Position numbers and translations under genes: made by a program. Source: Reclinomonas americana ATCC 50394 (lineage: Eukaryota). From it: a stretch of DNA of 40,083 nt. The notes under the pieces were generated by a model. That model was given only the letters and a program-made list of their open reading frames with translations. It had not been told where the DNA came from and searched no databases. Position 1 is the stretch's first letter. Every line of letters starts with the position of its first letter. This document shows, piece by piece, positions 22,797 through 35,323 of this stretch. The DNA is taken from NCBI GenBank assembly GCA_048213135.1, contig PS015113.1, positions 79,162-119,244 on the forward strand, given 5' to 3'.

Positions 22797-25700
22797 TCAC
22801 GCTGAGGTCGACCGCCGAGAGCTCGATGGCTTGCTCGCTCTGGCTGCGTTTTTCGGCGAACTGTCTATCCCCTCTCACTGAGACTCACTTGAGCACGGAC
22901 TGATCGGCGCCGACCGAGATGAGCCACTCGGCAAACTCGGTGCGCCGCTCGTCAAACGCATACTGGAGCGGCGTCCACCCGTTCTCGTCCTTTTCTTCCA
23001 ACTCGGCATGCAACGCCAAGAGTGCCCGACCGCACTCGATCGGTGCCCCAACCATGGCCGCGTAGTGCAACGGCAGACGCCCGGCGGCATCCTTGAGCTG
23101 TATACGAGATAGCGGAGAGTGAGCACGAAGCGCATTCAAGTGAGATGAAAGCAACGCGACTCACGTTAGCCTTGCCACCACGCGCTCCCAGAAGCATCAC
23201 CACGCCAGTGGCTCCTGCGGCCGCCGCCAGGTGCATCGGCGTACTGCCCTCTTCGTCCACCGCCGACGGCTGCGCACCGTGGTCCAGCAGCAACTGTGCC
23301 GCCTTTTCCGATGCCGCCGACGAGGCGTAATGGAGTGGCTGTGTGTTCCCTCACGAGAGTAAGCAATGCACCCTCCCTACCACACACACACACACACACG
23401 TAGGCACGCACTTCATCGCCCTTGCTGTCGGCCGCGTGCACCATGGACCGATCACGCTCCACCAGCAACTGCACCACGTCCACGTGCCCCCCGAAAATGG
23501 CCAGATGCAGCGCCGACCGACCCATGTCGTCCGTGGCGCGACTGACCACGGTGCAATCGGTGCTGAACTCGAGGAACAGGCGCACGAGCGGCAAGTGACC
23601 CTGCAGCGCGGCATAGTGCACCGGCTGTGCTTGGCGATCGTCCACCACCGCAATCACACCACCGCCTCGAATCAGCTCACGGGCCAGCACGGCATTGCCA
23701 CTGCGTTTTGCTGTCAGTACCACGAGAAGAGATACACAAGAGCAGACGCGCACACACCTTTCCACCGTGGCGTGCATGGCCGTTTGCTTGCGATTGTCGA
23801 CAGCGTGCGGATCGGCACCGGCGCGCAGCAGCAACTGGAGGGTGCTGACGGAGCTGCGCGACGATGCACACACCAGGTGAAGCACGGTGCGCCCGGTACG
23901 CGGATCGCGTGCATTCGGATTGACGCCGTTCTGCACCAGTGTTCGCACACGAGCTTCGTTGCCTGCACGAGCGGCACGCAACAGATCCTCCTCACTGGCA
24001 CTGGACGCCGCACTGGTGGGCGATTTCACCTGCTGCCGGGCATGCACAAGCATGTCAGGCGGACACGGAGGGGGGAGAACCGATGCACACACACAAAAAA
24101 GCAACGGCAACCAACCCGTGGAGAATTGTGCGCCGCGTGGGCCTTGTTGATGAGGCCGAGTTGCACCTGCTTCTCCTGGTACAATCGCAGCGCTTCCATC
24201 AGTTCGCTGCCTCGCTGACTGACCGACGTGTCGAGGTCCGGTGTGGCAGCAGCGGCCGCCAATCGCGAGGCCACACGCGACGCCTCCGACAGCAGATCGC
24301 GCGGCGGCTCCACAGTGCGCGCTCGCAGCCGTGGACTGTGTGCGTTGGTCGACAAACGTGGTATGGCCACGGCGCGCGACTCGCTGCCGGCCGAGAGCCG
24401 CCGCTGCTCGCCCGACGCCGGCCACGCCGACTCGCCCTCACGAGGAACGGCTGCATCACCAGGTGGCAGGCTCAGCTCGCTGGCCAAGCCGGCATCATCA
24501 TCGTCATCGCCAACATCGTCGTCGTCGTCGGCATCGTCGGCCGTGTCGTCGTTCNNNNNNNNNNNNNNNNNNNNNNNNNNNNNNNNNNNNNNNNNNNNNN
24601 NNNNNNNNNNNNNNNNNNNNNNNNNNNNNNNNNNNNNNNNNNNNNNNNNNNNNNNNNNNNNNNNNNNNNNNNNNNNNNNNNNNNNNNNNNNNNNNNNNNN
24701 NNNNNNNNNNNNNNNNNNNNNNNNNNNNNNNNNNNNNNNNNNNNNNNNNNNNNNNNNNNNNNNNNNNNNNNNNNNNNNNNNNNNNNNNNNNNNNNNNNNN
24801 NNNNNNNNNNNNNNNNNNNNNNNNNNNNNNNNNNNNNNNNNNNNNNNNNNNNNNNNNNNNNNNNNNNNNNNNNNNNNNNNNNNNNNNNNNNNNNNNNNNN
24901 NNNNNNNNNNNNNNNNNNNNNNNNNNNNNNNNNNNNNNNNNNNNNNNNNNNNNNNNNNNNNNNNNNNNNNNNNNNNNNNNNNNNNNNNNNNNNNNNNNNN
25001 NNNNNNNNNNNNNNNNNNNNNNNNNNNNNNNNNNNNNNNNNNNNNNNNNNNNNNNNNNNNNNGATCACGCAAACCAACGACCTCGCTGCGCAGGCGGTGA
25101 ACCAGCGAGCTGTGATTGCGCCGACCGTGACTGAACCGCTCCAACTTGTCGGAGAGCAGGCGGATTTCGTCGCGGATGAGCAGCACGTTGGTCGGTGGAT
25201 CCGCCGTGAGCATGTCTGGCCGACGAGGCGGGGACACGAGTGAGGAAAACATGGGGGTTGTCGGTGTCAAGAATGAAAGAAGCGCACCGAGTGCCTCGGG
25301 AATGGTTGGTCCGGGGGCGAACCGTCGAGGCGACTGTCGCAGACTCTCAGACATGCGTGGTGTGGGTCGACTCTCGATGCGCGGCGACTGCGGCAGCGAT
25401 GCCGACATGGGCGACAGGCCACGAGCCGCCGCGAGTGGGGAGCCGACAATAGCCGAGCGCATGGTCGGCGACGCAGCGACGGCGGCCGCCATGGCTGCAG
25501 CCGACGAAGATTGCGTGCGAGTTCTCTTGCCCGAGGGACGGAAGGGCACCGAAAGTCGCTGCGATGTGCGAAAACCAGAACAGTGTGAGACACTACCACC
25601 CTTCCATCTCGTTCTCTCTCTCATCATTCTCACGCACCGACGCCATGATGGAGGCCGCTCTGTCGAGGTACATCTTGCGCGGAGCACGAGTGCTGCTGGC

Positions 25701-27268
25701 CACCGAGGGATCCAGGGAGGTGGCCACGCGCTTGGCGGCCTCGCTTTGCGGCGGCAGCACAAAAGATTCGATCGGAGCGTCGTCCAGCACCACGGCCGCA
25801 TTGCTCTCCTGTGGCGGGTGTCCAAGCATGCCGCGTTCACTTTCCACTCCCCACGTCACCACGGCGCCCTCGACTGTCACCCGGAGATGGGAAGGTGTGA
25901 GCGTCAGCAAGCTGCACAACCAAACGCACAGCAATCGCAACTGCTAATGGCGGCCGAGTGCGCCCAGCCGCAGGCCACGGCGCGCACAGCCACATCGGCC
26001 AGATCGACGGCCTCCAGCGGGCTCATGCTGTCCTTGCGGGAGTCCTTGGCCGATGCACCCCACACGAACACCTCGCCCGTATCGCCAATCGCCACCGAGT
26101 GCGAAAGACCGGCGGCCACAAAGCACACACAGAAGGGGGCGGAGAGGGTGCGAATGACCGAGGGCAATCGACAGTTGCGTCGGTCTCCGTGACCGAGCTG
26201 ACCACGCATTCCACAGCCCCACGACAGCACCTCGCCCGCATCTGCAACACGCACACATTGTCAGCGACGACTCTTCAACACGCGCGCTAGGCTGGCAGGG
26301 CGACTGACGGACGCAACGAGTGAGAGCGAGAAAGTGATGACCGCCGGCGGCAATCTGCTTCACGCCGCGCCGCTCGAGACCCTCGACCGGGTGCGGATAC
26401 AGCCACACATCCTTGTCATCCACGACACTCGTACCCCACACATACACGGTCCCGTTCTCACACAGCGCCACCGTGCACTGCAGACCGGCGGCCACCTGCA
26501 CCACACGCTTGCCCTGCAGCGCGTGCACGAGCACAGGCGCACGCCGTGTCTCCTGATCGCCGAGGCCGAGTTGCCCCGACGCGCCCAGTCCCCACACATA
26601 CACATCGCCACTCTCCGCCAGGGCCACTGTGTGCGCCAACCCGCACGCAACGTGCGCCACTCGCTTCTGCTCCAGCTCGCCACGAACCTCGGTCGGCATC
26701 GACCTGTGAAACACATGATCGCCCAGGCCCAGCTCGCCATTGACGCCACGTCCCCACGTGAGCACCACGCCTGTGGAGAGCACCACGGCCGAGTGCGTCG
26801 CTCCACACGCCACCTGCACCGCACGCGCACCCGCTCTCCGATGCGCCGAGTACGTGTCACTAAACACACGATGTGGCACGTGCGGCTCTGCCTCGGTGTC
26901 TCCACGTCCGAGCTGGCCCAGAGGCGTTCCCCACGTGTAGATATCGCCTTCGTCTGTGTGTGCGTGTGTGGAAAACCATCAACGACTCTGATCAAAATGC
27001 GTGATCATATCATTCACCCGGCCGTACGCGCACGCGCACCTGTGACTGCCACTGTGTGCTCTGCGCCACAGGCAATGTCGCGCACGATCTTGTCGCCCAT
27101 GGTGCGCCCAGTGACGCGCGCAGCAGAGACGCGCGTCTCACCCACTGAGGCCACGGCTGCGAGCGCATTGCTGACGGCACTGAGCAGTGCACTGGAGCCC
27201 GCCTTTCGCTCTAGTGCGGCCGGGGGAGGCGGGCCATCGAGGTGCTCAACAGGCGCGGCCTCACTCAT
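22797..27268 (-). CDS. Protein with N-terminal RCC1 repeats, a disordered linker and C-terminal ankyrin repeats; includes a 508-N gap
   Basis: Several VACG..HT/S…VY.WG…GQLG RCC1 repeats (about 25850-27080) and several G.T/S.LH.AA ankyrin repeats (about 22900-24000). The start MSEAAP at 27268 is inferred. Confidence 0.8.
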
Positions 27269-27380
27269 GGCAACCACAGATTGTGATGTTGATGTGGTTG
27301 GGACGCGACGTTTTACTCTTTTCTTCTACGCCCTTCCTTGCTCGTCGTCGTTCATGCAAGGCCTTCCACAACAGACGCGC

Positions 27381-28377
27381 TTACTTGGACTTCTTGGTCG
27401 TCTCGCTCTTCCATTGCGCGATGCGGCGATCGATCTCCTTCTGGCACTCGACGTGCGTCTGGTGACGATAGCCGACCATGAACAGCAGCTCTGCATTTGC
27501 ACCAGTGAGCGTCTGTTCCACTAGTACAGTGTGCCATCGTCGACTCATGCACCGCACCCATGGTCACAAAGAAAGGCGCAGAGAAGATCTGCAGCGCGTT
27601 ATCGGTAAGCGCCGGCTTGCGTCCCTCGAACGCGCCGTGTCCAATGAACTGCATGATCCAGCTGAAGACGTGAATGGCCAGCGCGTACTTCCACGCCACA
27701 TCCGAGCCAAACGACAGCACAAAGTAGTTGGCGGAGAAGAAGGCGCCGAGCAGCAGCACAGTGTCGATCAGCTGCGTCGGCAGTCGTCATGATCATGTAC
27801 GGCGCAAAGAGAATACGTGCGCGCGCGCAACTCCAACAAAGGGCTCCAGCAGAATGTAGAACGCGCCCAGTGCCAGCATCACCGGAAGACCCAGCGTCGG
27901 TGCCGCCACACCCTCCGGCTGCAACATGCGGTAAGTCATGACCTGTTGCGCGAGTGGAACAAAGAGTGCACATCGTGACTGACCAGGCCGACAGCCTGCT
28001 CAATCGACTCGCCGAGCTCTGTCAATGCCGGGAACTGCGTCAAGGGCGCGTACACAAAGAAGACCTGTGTGTATGTGTGTGTGCGCGCGGAATCCACATG
28101 AGAATCTTCCGCGCGTTATGCATGCATGATGAACATTCCGCCTCTCTCTCTCACGCACCGCCACAGTCCACACAATCGTGGGCACAAACACAATGTGCAC
28201 CCACTTGTTGCTGCACACATGCGCGCGCGTGAGAGAGAGAGAGTGAGAGAGTGTGTGCATTTTCGTTTTCAAGTGAGCGCGCGGAACAACACCAAGCACG
28301 GCAAAAGGGAAACGCAACATTGTGTTGTTATGATAGGCGCCATACGCGCAGTAAATCTGCTTCAGGTTGGCAATCAT
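27381..28377 (-). CDS. MPO1: MPO1/YGL010w-like (DUF962) membrane 2-hydroxy fatty acid dioxygenase
   Basis: Motifs YGAYHNNTINKWVHIVFVP, FYILLEP, SWIMQFIGHGAFEGRKPAL, APFFVTMELLFMVGYR. C-terminus KKSK resembles an ER-retrieval KKxx motif. Confidence 0.88.
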
Positions 28378-28456
28378 TCACACGCACGCACGATCGGAGA
28401 TGAGTGAGACAGTGCGGAGATGACTCACTGTTTGTGTTGATTGTTTGCTGGAGCGA
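28378..28456. promoter_or_regulatory. Putative 79-bp bidirectional promoter (MPO1 / SAC1)
   Basis: Spacer between divergent start codons; also contains GATGAGTGA and TGACTCA. Confidence 0.5.
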
Positions 28457-28693
28457 ATGGCACAGTCGTCGCCGGCGTTTCGCTTGTACGAGGTGCGTGT
28501 CCACGCTGTCACTGGTCGCTCTCTCTCTCTCGCTTGCTTGCTCACACACTCCACGTGTTAGGATGGTGATCGCGTGTTGATCTCTCGCGGAGAGGCGCAA
28601 CATGCGGCCGGCAAGTCGGCGCCTGTCAGTGCGCCAGGTGGCTGGTTGACCATTGATCGACGCACAGGCCACGGCCGAGTGGGCGGTGCGTTC

Positions 28694-28726
<33 letters not shown>

Positions 28727-31185
28727 TGTGTGTGCGACATTCACATCACTCACGTGCAACTGCCTGTCCCCCGTGCAGACGACGATTCGGTGCGCCCGTC
28801 GGTGCACAGCAAAGGCCGCGATGTGTACGGGCTCATTGGAGTGGTGCACTTGCTCTCTGGTGCGTGTGCATTATCGGTGTTTGTGTTGTGTGCGGCTTGG
28901 CTGGCTAATCATCCGTTTGTTCAGGTCCGTATCTGATGCTCATCAGTCAGGCGTCGCATGTCGGGCGCCTGCTCAAGCACCATGCGTGGCGTGTGGACGC
29001 TGTGGAGCTTGTCCCGCTGGTCCCTGCCAATCGCGCCGCGCTCAGTGCGCAGCAGGTCTCTCTCCTTGTCATTGTCAGTTGTCTCTGCGTTGTTGTTTCA
29101 CACTCGGAGGATTGCAGGCGGCCGATGAGGATCGCTACTGTGGCATGCTGATCAATGTGTATGCCTCGCGCTCGTTCTTCTTCTGCGTCGATGGATGGGA
29201 TATGACCAAGCACGTGCGCTGCCTCAACAGTCGTGAGCCGGTCAAGGTTGGTGTGGCGCGCGGGGCGGATTCTCTCTGTTCATGCAATGACACGTTGTCG
29301 TTGTCGCAGCCCGCCGATTCGTTCTACTGGAACCGACAGCACGCGCAGCAGCTCGGCATTGCCGAAGAATGGAAGTGGGCCGTGCCACTTGTCCGTGGCT
29401 ATATCCTTTGCATCATTTCTTGTTGTTGCTGGCATGGTTTTGTTGCGCACTGGCTGCACTCCTTGACTCTCACGCTCCACTCCTGTCGATGTCGCATGTT
29501 GAGTTGAACAACACTCCCATTACGTACGTGGTGCTGTCGCGACAGAGCCGGTACCGTGCTGGTGCGTGCATCTGCTATTTCCGACATTGTTGCCACGTAT
29601 GCACTGACACATTGTCGATCGTCTCGCAGGCACTCGCTTCAATCGCCGTGGTGTGGACGACGACGGGCAGGTGGCCAACTTTGTGGAGACCGAGCAGATT
29701 GTTGTCGGTGCGCCACCCCTGCCACTGCTGTTGTTATGTGTGGCAGGCACCGTGAACTCACCTCTATGCTCGACAGCCGGCGACGAGGATGTCATGTCGT
29801 TTGTGCAGACTCGCGGATCGATCCCCCTGTTCTGGGAGCAAGTGGCCAACCTGAAGCTGAAGCCGGTGCCGACGATGCAGGACGTGGATCCGCAGTTGCA
29901 TGTGCGTCTCAGACGGATGACTGGAGTGGTGTTTTTCTGGGCACTCACCACCCTTTGTAGTTCAATGCCTTCCGTCGCCACATGGAGGCGCATGTGGACC
30001 ACTACGGCCCCACCACCGCCATCAACCTCGTGGACACGAAGAAGGCCGAGGGCGCGTTGGCCGCCGAGTTCCAGCGTCTGTCGAAGCGCGTCGGTGACTT
30101 GGCGCTGAGGTGTGTGCATTTGTGAAGCATTTATGTGTGTGTTTGTGTGAGAGACTGGGGCGCTCATCGGCGTTGTGTGCCTCAGCTACCATCACTTTGA
30201 CTTCCACACCGAGTGCGCCAAGATGCGCTACGATCGCCTCTCCAAGCTGGTGGATGCTGTGCGTGTGCAGCTACAGGAGTACGGGTAAGTTGCTCCATCT
30301 CTTTTTTATGCAATCACCGCACTCAATCACCTCTCTGCGCAGCTACTCGCACTTTACGAGCTCCAACAACGAGATGCAGAAGGTGCAGCACGGCGTCTTC
30401 CGCGTCAACTGCATCGACTGCCTCGACCGCACGAATGTGGTGCAGAGTGTGTTTGCACGTGAGGTGCTGCACGCGCAGTTGGTGGCCGTCAATGTGATTC
30501 GAGCGAGCGACGTGATTGCCGATGTGTCGCCGCTATTCGAGAGCATCTTGAAGACCACGTGGGCCGACAACGCCGACCAGATCAGCCTGCTGTACGCCGG
30601 CTCTGGAGCGCTGAAGACCGACTTTACGCGCACCGGCAAGCGCTCGTTGATGGGCATGGTCAACGATGGCGTCAACACCCTGCAGCGCTACTACCTGCAG
30701 AACTTCCGCGACGGCTACCGCCAGGATTCCATTTCGCTGGCGGTCGGCGACACGGTGATCAATCCGGAGGAGCACCCGCGCACGTCGACTCCGCTGCGTG
30801 AGGCCTCGCTGTGGGTTCGTGATGCAACAATGCGCTGCCACATTACTTGTGTGGGTGTGAATGCTGATGCTGTTGTTGTTTTGTGACGAGTGCAGCCGCT
30901 GCTAATGTTCATTCTTGGGCTCGGTGTGCTGATGGTGATTGCCAATCTTTTTGTGGCACCGCTGGCCAGTTGCGTAGATCTGTCAGATTTCTGGTGCATA
31001 CCGTGGTTCTCTTTGGCTGATCGTAGTGTGTGCGCACAGACATTGGCCGTGGTGCGAATTTTGTTTTCGGTCTGCTGTGGGTGGGTGTGACCATGGCGCT
31101 GGTCATTGGTACGCTGCGCAACGGGCGTGACTATGTGGATCGGCCAAAATTTGTGACGCTTCCACGCAAGCGTCGTCGTACGTGA
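28457..31185 (+). CDS. SAC1: SAC1-like phosphoinositide phosphatase with two C-terminal TM helices; many exons and one AT-AC intron
   Basis: Motifs [50 protein letters not shown], catalytic [51 protein letters not shown]. Confidence 0.95.
29401..29480 (+). other. U12-type (minor spliceosome) AT-AC intron in SAC1
   Basis: 5' site ATATCCTTT, branch site CTCCTTGAC at 29459-29467, 3' end CAC. Removal restores …[16 protein letters not shown]… in frame. Confidence 0.9.
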
Positions 31186-31468
31186 GAGCGGGGCGGAGAG
31201 AAGAGGCTGTTGCTGTTGTTGCTATTGTTTGAAGAAGATGACAAAGAAGAAGAAGAAAAAGATGGTTCTCATAAACAGGAATCGAGTTTCACTCTCGAGT
31301 CTCTCGTTTGTCATAAACAGGGTCGGATAAACAGAAAGGAAGGCGTTTTTTTTCTAGAGGAGAGAAGAAGGAGAAATCGGTAAACAACCATATCACAGGT
31401 GCACGCCCGAGACGGCGGCCAAAACAAGAATCAATAAACAGTGAGAGGGAGGGCAGACGGAGAGCGGC

Positions 31469-32519
31469 TCATGTGTTGCTCTTGATGGGGCACAGCGGCG
31501 CGCGGTGCAGCGCGCCAAAATGCGTCGGCAGAGCGGGACCCGTCAGGATCTGCGAGAGGTGCTCCCGTACATCGCCAGCGTTCTTCCGCATCGAGGTGAT
31601 TTCGCGCAATGGTGGCCGTTGCTCCGGCTGCGACACTGCGCGGGAGGCAGATGGCGGCAGCGCTGGCGGCGGTACTGCTGCGGTGGTGGTGCTGGCGGCC
31701 GACTGGTGCTTCTTCGGCGGCGACATGTCATCGGCGGCGGCCTCGGAGGCGCACCGACTCGACGAGGTGGACTTGTCGGAGGGTCTCCGCGGATGCAGCG
31801 GCGGCAATCCCGACGGTCGCGATCCCGGGCTGCTATGGCGCGATCCACTAACCAACGACGACGCGCCGCCACGCCGACTCGCAAACAGATCCGGTGCCGA
31901 CGGATCCCGCGCCAAGTACGCGCACTGTAACCAAAACAACGACGGCAAAATGAGCGTTTCTTGTGGTGGCACGGAAAACAGCCAACGTCCACACCAACCT
32001 CGTCATAGTTGCGTGATCGCGCGGGTGGTGACAGCGGGCGACGCACTGGCGCAGGCATGCGATCATCATACACTACACACATGCAACAGTCAACGTCAGT
32101 CGCTGATTGATTTGCGAGTTGGTCAGTTTGCCAGACAAACCTCGTCGTGAGGCCGGAGCCAGTGGAAGCGGCATTTGCTGTTGCTGCTGCTGTTGTTGAA
32201 CAGTGGAGAATCGTTGCAAGAGTTGCTTGGCCGACAAGCGCGTCTGTGCAATACCCGACACGGCGGGAACAACAATGGTGTCCGATCGTGACGAAACGCC
32301 CCCCGAAACGCGATCGACATCGTCAGCGCAGCAGTCCTCGGCGAGACGAGATGGGCGGCCACTGATGAGAGAGAAAGAGAGTGTGTGTGAGTGCGTCAAA
32401 CGCCTTCTTTTGTTGGTGTTATGTGTGCGCGCGCGCAACTGCTGACGACGTTGTTCCCACAACAGCAGGGAGCATGGTGAGCCGGCGGAGGAGGAGGATG
32501 AGGAGGCGGATGACATCAT
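31469..32519 (-). CDS. Hypothetical low-complexity, probably disordered protein, about 4 exons
   Basis: ATG at 32519. GT-AG introns link S/P/R/Q-rich exon frames ending …PIKSNT*. No recognisable domain. Confidence 0.55.
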
Positions 32520-32823
32520 GGAGAAGGGAGAGTTGAGGAGGAGCGCCGCGTGTGAGACTCTGTGTGTGGCGCGAGTGAGCGAGTGATTGCATGAATGGAT
32601 CTTTGCGGTATGTGTGTGCGAACCTGGGAGTGATCTCAGCAGGCGGCTGGTAGGAGGTCGGTGAGCGGGCCATTGGTGGAGAGCGAAAAGAAGGAAGGAG
32701 GGAAGGAAGGAAAGGAAGGCTCTCTCTCTCGCGCGCTGAGGGAAAATCGTGATTGATTGGTCGAGAGGGGTTGGGCGTTTGTTCGTTTCGTCACGGTGTC
32801 CCATCGCTCCATCACCACCAATT

Positions 32824-34362
32824 TCACTTCCGTCGTCTTGCAATCGGTTTCGGCGGCGCTTCTTCAAACTCGGCCTCCTCGGCATCCTCCTCGTCATCGT
32901 CGTCTTCCTCCTCGTCTTCTTCGTCATCGTCCTCCACTTCTATTTCGTCTTCTTCGTCATCGTCGTTGACAAACGTCGACCGTCGCAGTGCGCTCGCCGA
33001 TGCTGCTGCTGCTGTGCCGCCTTGCAGACTCAGTTGCATGAGCTCGGCCAGCAGGCGCCGGTTCTCCTCGGTTGATTCGTCGGTGGCCCGTGCGGTTTCT
33101 GCTGCTGCTGCGGCGGCGGCGGCCGCGGAGGCCGCTGCTGCTTCGAATTCGGCGGCCGCCGCCGAGCTCGAGGTTGGTTCGTCGAGGTACTTGTCGACCA
33201 CTTGCCCCATGTATGGCGGCACGAAGCCGAAAGCGTGGATGTACAGTTCGGGGGATTCGTCGCGCGAGGCCGGCGGCTTGACGTACTTGTACGAGACGAA
33301 GAGCGATTCGAGACGTTGCACAAAGGCACTCACTGCGACACACACAGGCGTGAGTGGAGGCGACGAGCTGGCCGTCGGCTGAAGGGGTGCATCGCTCACC
33401 TTCTTTGCCCTGAAAGACCTTGACGAGAAACACACCGCCGGGAGCCAGCACCGTCAAGGCGAAATCGAGAGCACGATCGGCCAGCTCCTGTGCTCCCCGC
33501 GTGAGTCTCACAAGAAGAACGCACTGCGTGTACACACACAAACACAGACCATGATGCGAATGTGATCCAGCTGGTTGTTGCCGGTGGTGTTGGGCGCCAT
33601 GTCACTCAGCACGGCGTCGGCTTCGTACGAATTGAGGGCGCGCAGAATGTTGTCTTGCGTGGCCTGCTCCGTGAAATCGCCCTTGATGAACGTGCAACCC
33701 GACACCGGATCCATGTCTATACGCGCACATAGACGGCATGAGCAGCGCACGTCGCGTGCAGCAAGAGCGCACGCCCGCACCTGCCAGATCCACACTGATC
33801 AACAATCCGCGGTCAGGCCGCTGTCCGACGCGAAAACGCGACTTGACTGCCGCACAACGAGTGAGTCGAGGCGAATCAGCGGCACGCAGAAGAAGGTCAC
33901 CGAGCGCAACTGGGTGGCACCGGTGCCTTTGGATCGTACTGCGCCGCCGCCGAGTGAATCCGATCGCGAATGAACTGTAATGGGCCATTATGAGCCACAG
34001 CAGACCAGAGAAGGAGAAGCATGTACAGGGAAAGGAGGCAGTGCACCTCCGTCCACCCTCCAGGCGCCGAGCCCAGCTCGACCACGCGGATGCCAGGCAG
34101 CAGAAAATGCATGCTGTCGTCCACCTGTTGCAGCTTAAACACCGATCGCGATCGGTAGCCGAGCCGACGAGAACGCTCCACCCACGGATCGCGGTCTTGT
34201 CGCACCAGCCATCGAGTCGATCTGCACAGCAAGTGTGTGTGTGAGACAGAGAACGAAAGAGACATGCAAGCTTTGTTGACGTAACGAGTCCTTGTCGCCT
34301 TTGAGTGTGCGGCGGCCTCGTGTGGTAAACAGTCGACAACACCGTGACAACACGCCGAGCAT
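32824..34362 (-). CDS. MRM2: FtsJ/RrmJ-family 2'-O-ribose rRNA methyltransferase, MRM2-like, with a long acidic C-terminal tail
   Basis: Arg-rich presequence-like N-terminus. Motifs WLVRQDRDPWV, YRSRSVFKL, ELGSAPGGW, VLSDMAPN, FLVKVFQG, KPPASRDESPELY. The K-D-K-E tetrad is intact. Confidence 0.88.
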
Positions 34363-34439
34363 CGTCACCGACAGAGAGGCACAAACAACGAAGAGACAGA
34401 GTGCCGATCGCGAGCGCCATTCACCTCTATCTCGCTCAC
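34363..34439. promoter_or_regulatory. Putative 77-bp bidirectional promoter (MRM2 / cupin)
   Basis: Spacer between divergent start codons. Confidence 0.45.
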
Positions 34440-34950
34440 ATGCAGCTCATCCGCGTCTCCAGTGCCCACTGCCCCGGCTCCAAGCGCACGCAGTCGCTGC
34501 CTGGTGCGATCATCCGTGGCACGCCGACATGGACCACTGAGGAGTGCTGGAAGGACGAGAAGAGTGGTGGAGTGTTGGCGGGTGTGTGGCAGAGTGAGGC
34601 CGGCGAGTGGGCCTTTGAGCAGCCGGCCGATGCTGATGAGCTGTTTGTGGTCATCTCGGGCGAGGTGCGTGCGTGTGTGCGTGTGCAAGGGGAGAGGGTG
34701 ATTGTGCATTGAGATAGCATGCAGGCGATTGTCAAGTCGGTCGATGGTTCCGAGCAGCGCTTCCTCAAGGGCGACGCCGCCATTATCCCTGCCGGTTTCA
34801 AGGGGGTATGTGGCCTCTGTCTGTCTCTCCCCGCGTGTGTGTGTGCTTCTCTTCGTGCAGCTCATTCGGTCACAGACGTGGCACACGGTTCGCCGCCTGC
34901 GCAAGTACTACATGTATGTGGACAAGTCGGCGTTGCGCGCGCGACTCTGA
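34440..34950 (+). CDS. Small cupin (DUF861/EutQ-like, cupin_3) with C-terminal -ARL, 3 exons
   Basis: Spliced sequence GVWQSEAGEW…DELFVVISGE|AIV…GDAAIIPAGFKG|TWHTVRRLRKYY has the cupin_3 pattern and ends SALRARL*. Confidence 0.85.
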
Positions 34951-35323
34951 AGCGCGTGGTTCGTTGTGTGTGCGTGTGTGCGTGTGTGGAGACATCATCA
35001 ATGAGACAACCGTACACAGCGACTCTCACACAAACACGTGCACACAAACAGTCGGGGAAGGGCAACCAAATGGGAACGCTAGAGAGAGACTGAGGCGCGC
35101 GCATACCATACGATGCACGACCTCGCACCTCGACGTCACGGTGGCATCCGCGCACCAGAGGAGGGGACCGAGCAGCGATGACAAAAGCAAGAGTGAGAAA
35201 AGAAAGAAATAGGGAGAGAGACAGAGACAGCGGCGAAAGCTACGAGGAGGGATGAGTGAAGAAAAATGAACAGAGAGCGAGATACAGAGGCAGACAGACA
35301 GACACACACACACACATTGGACA

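Noticed and set aside
23343-27524. Long plus-strand ORFs antisense to the RCC1/ankyrin gene
   Set aside because: Expected shadow ORFs in GC3-rich coding DNA, with no motifs.
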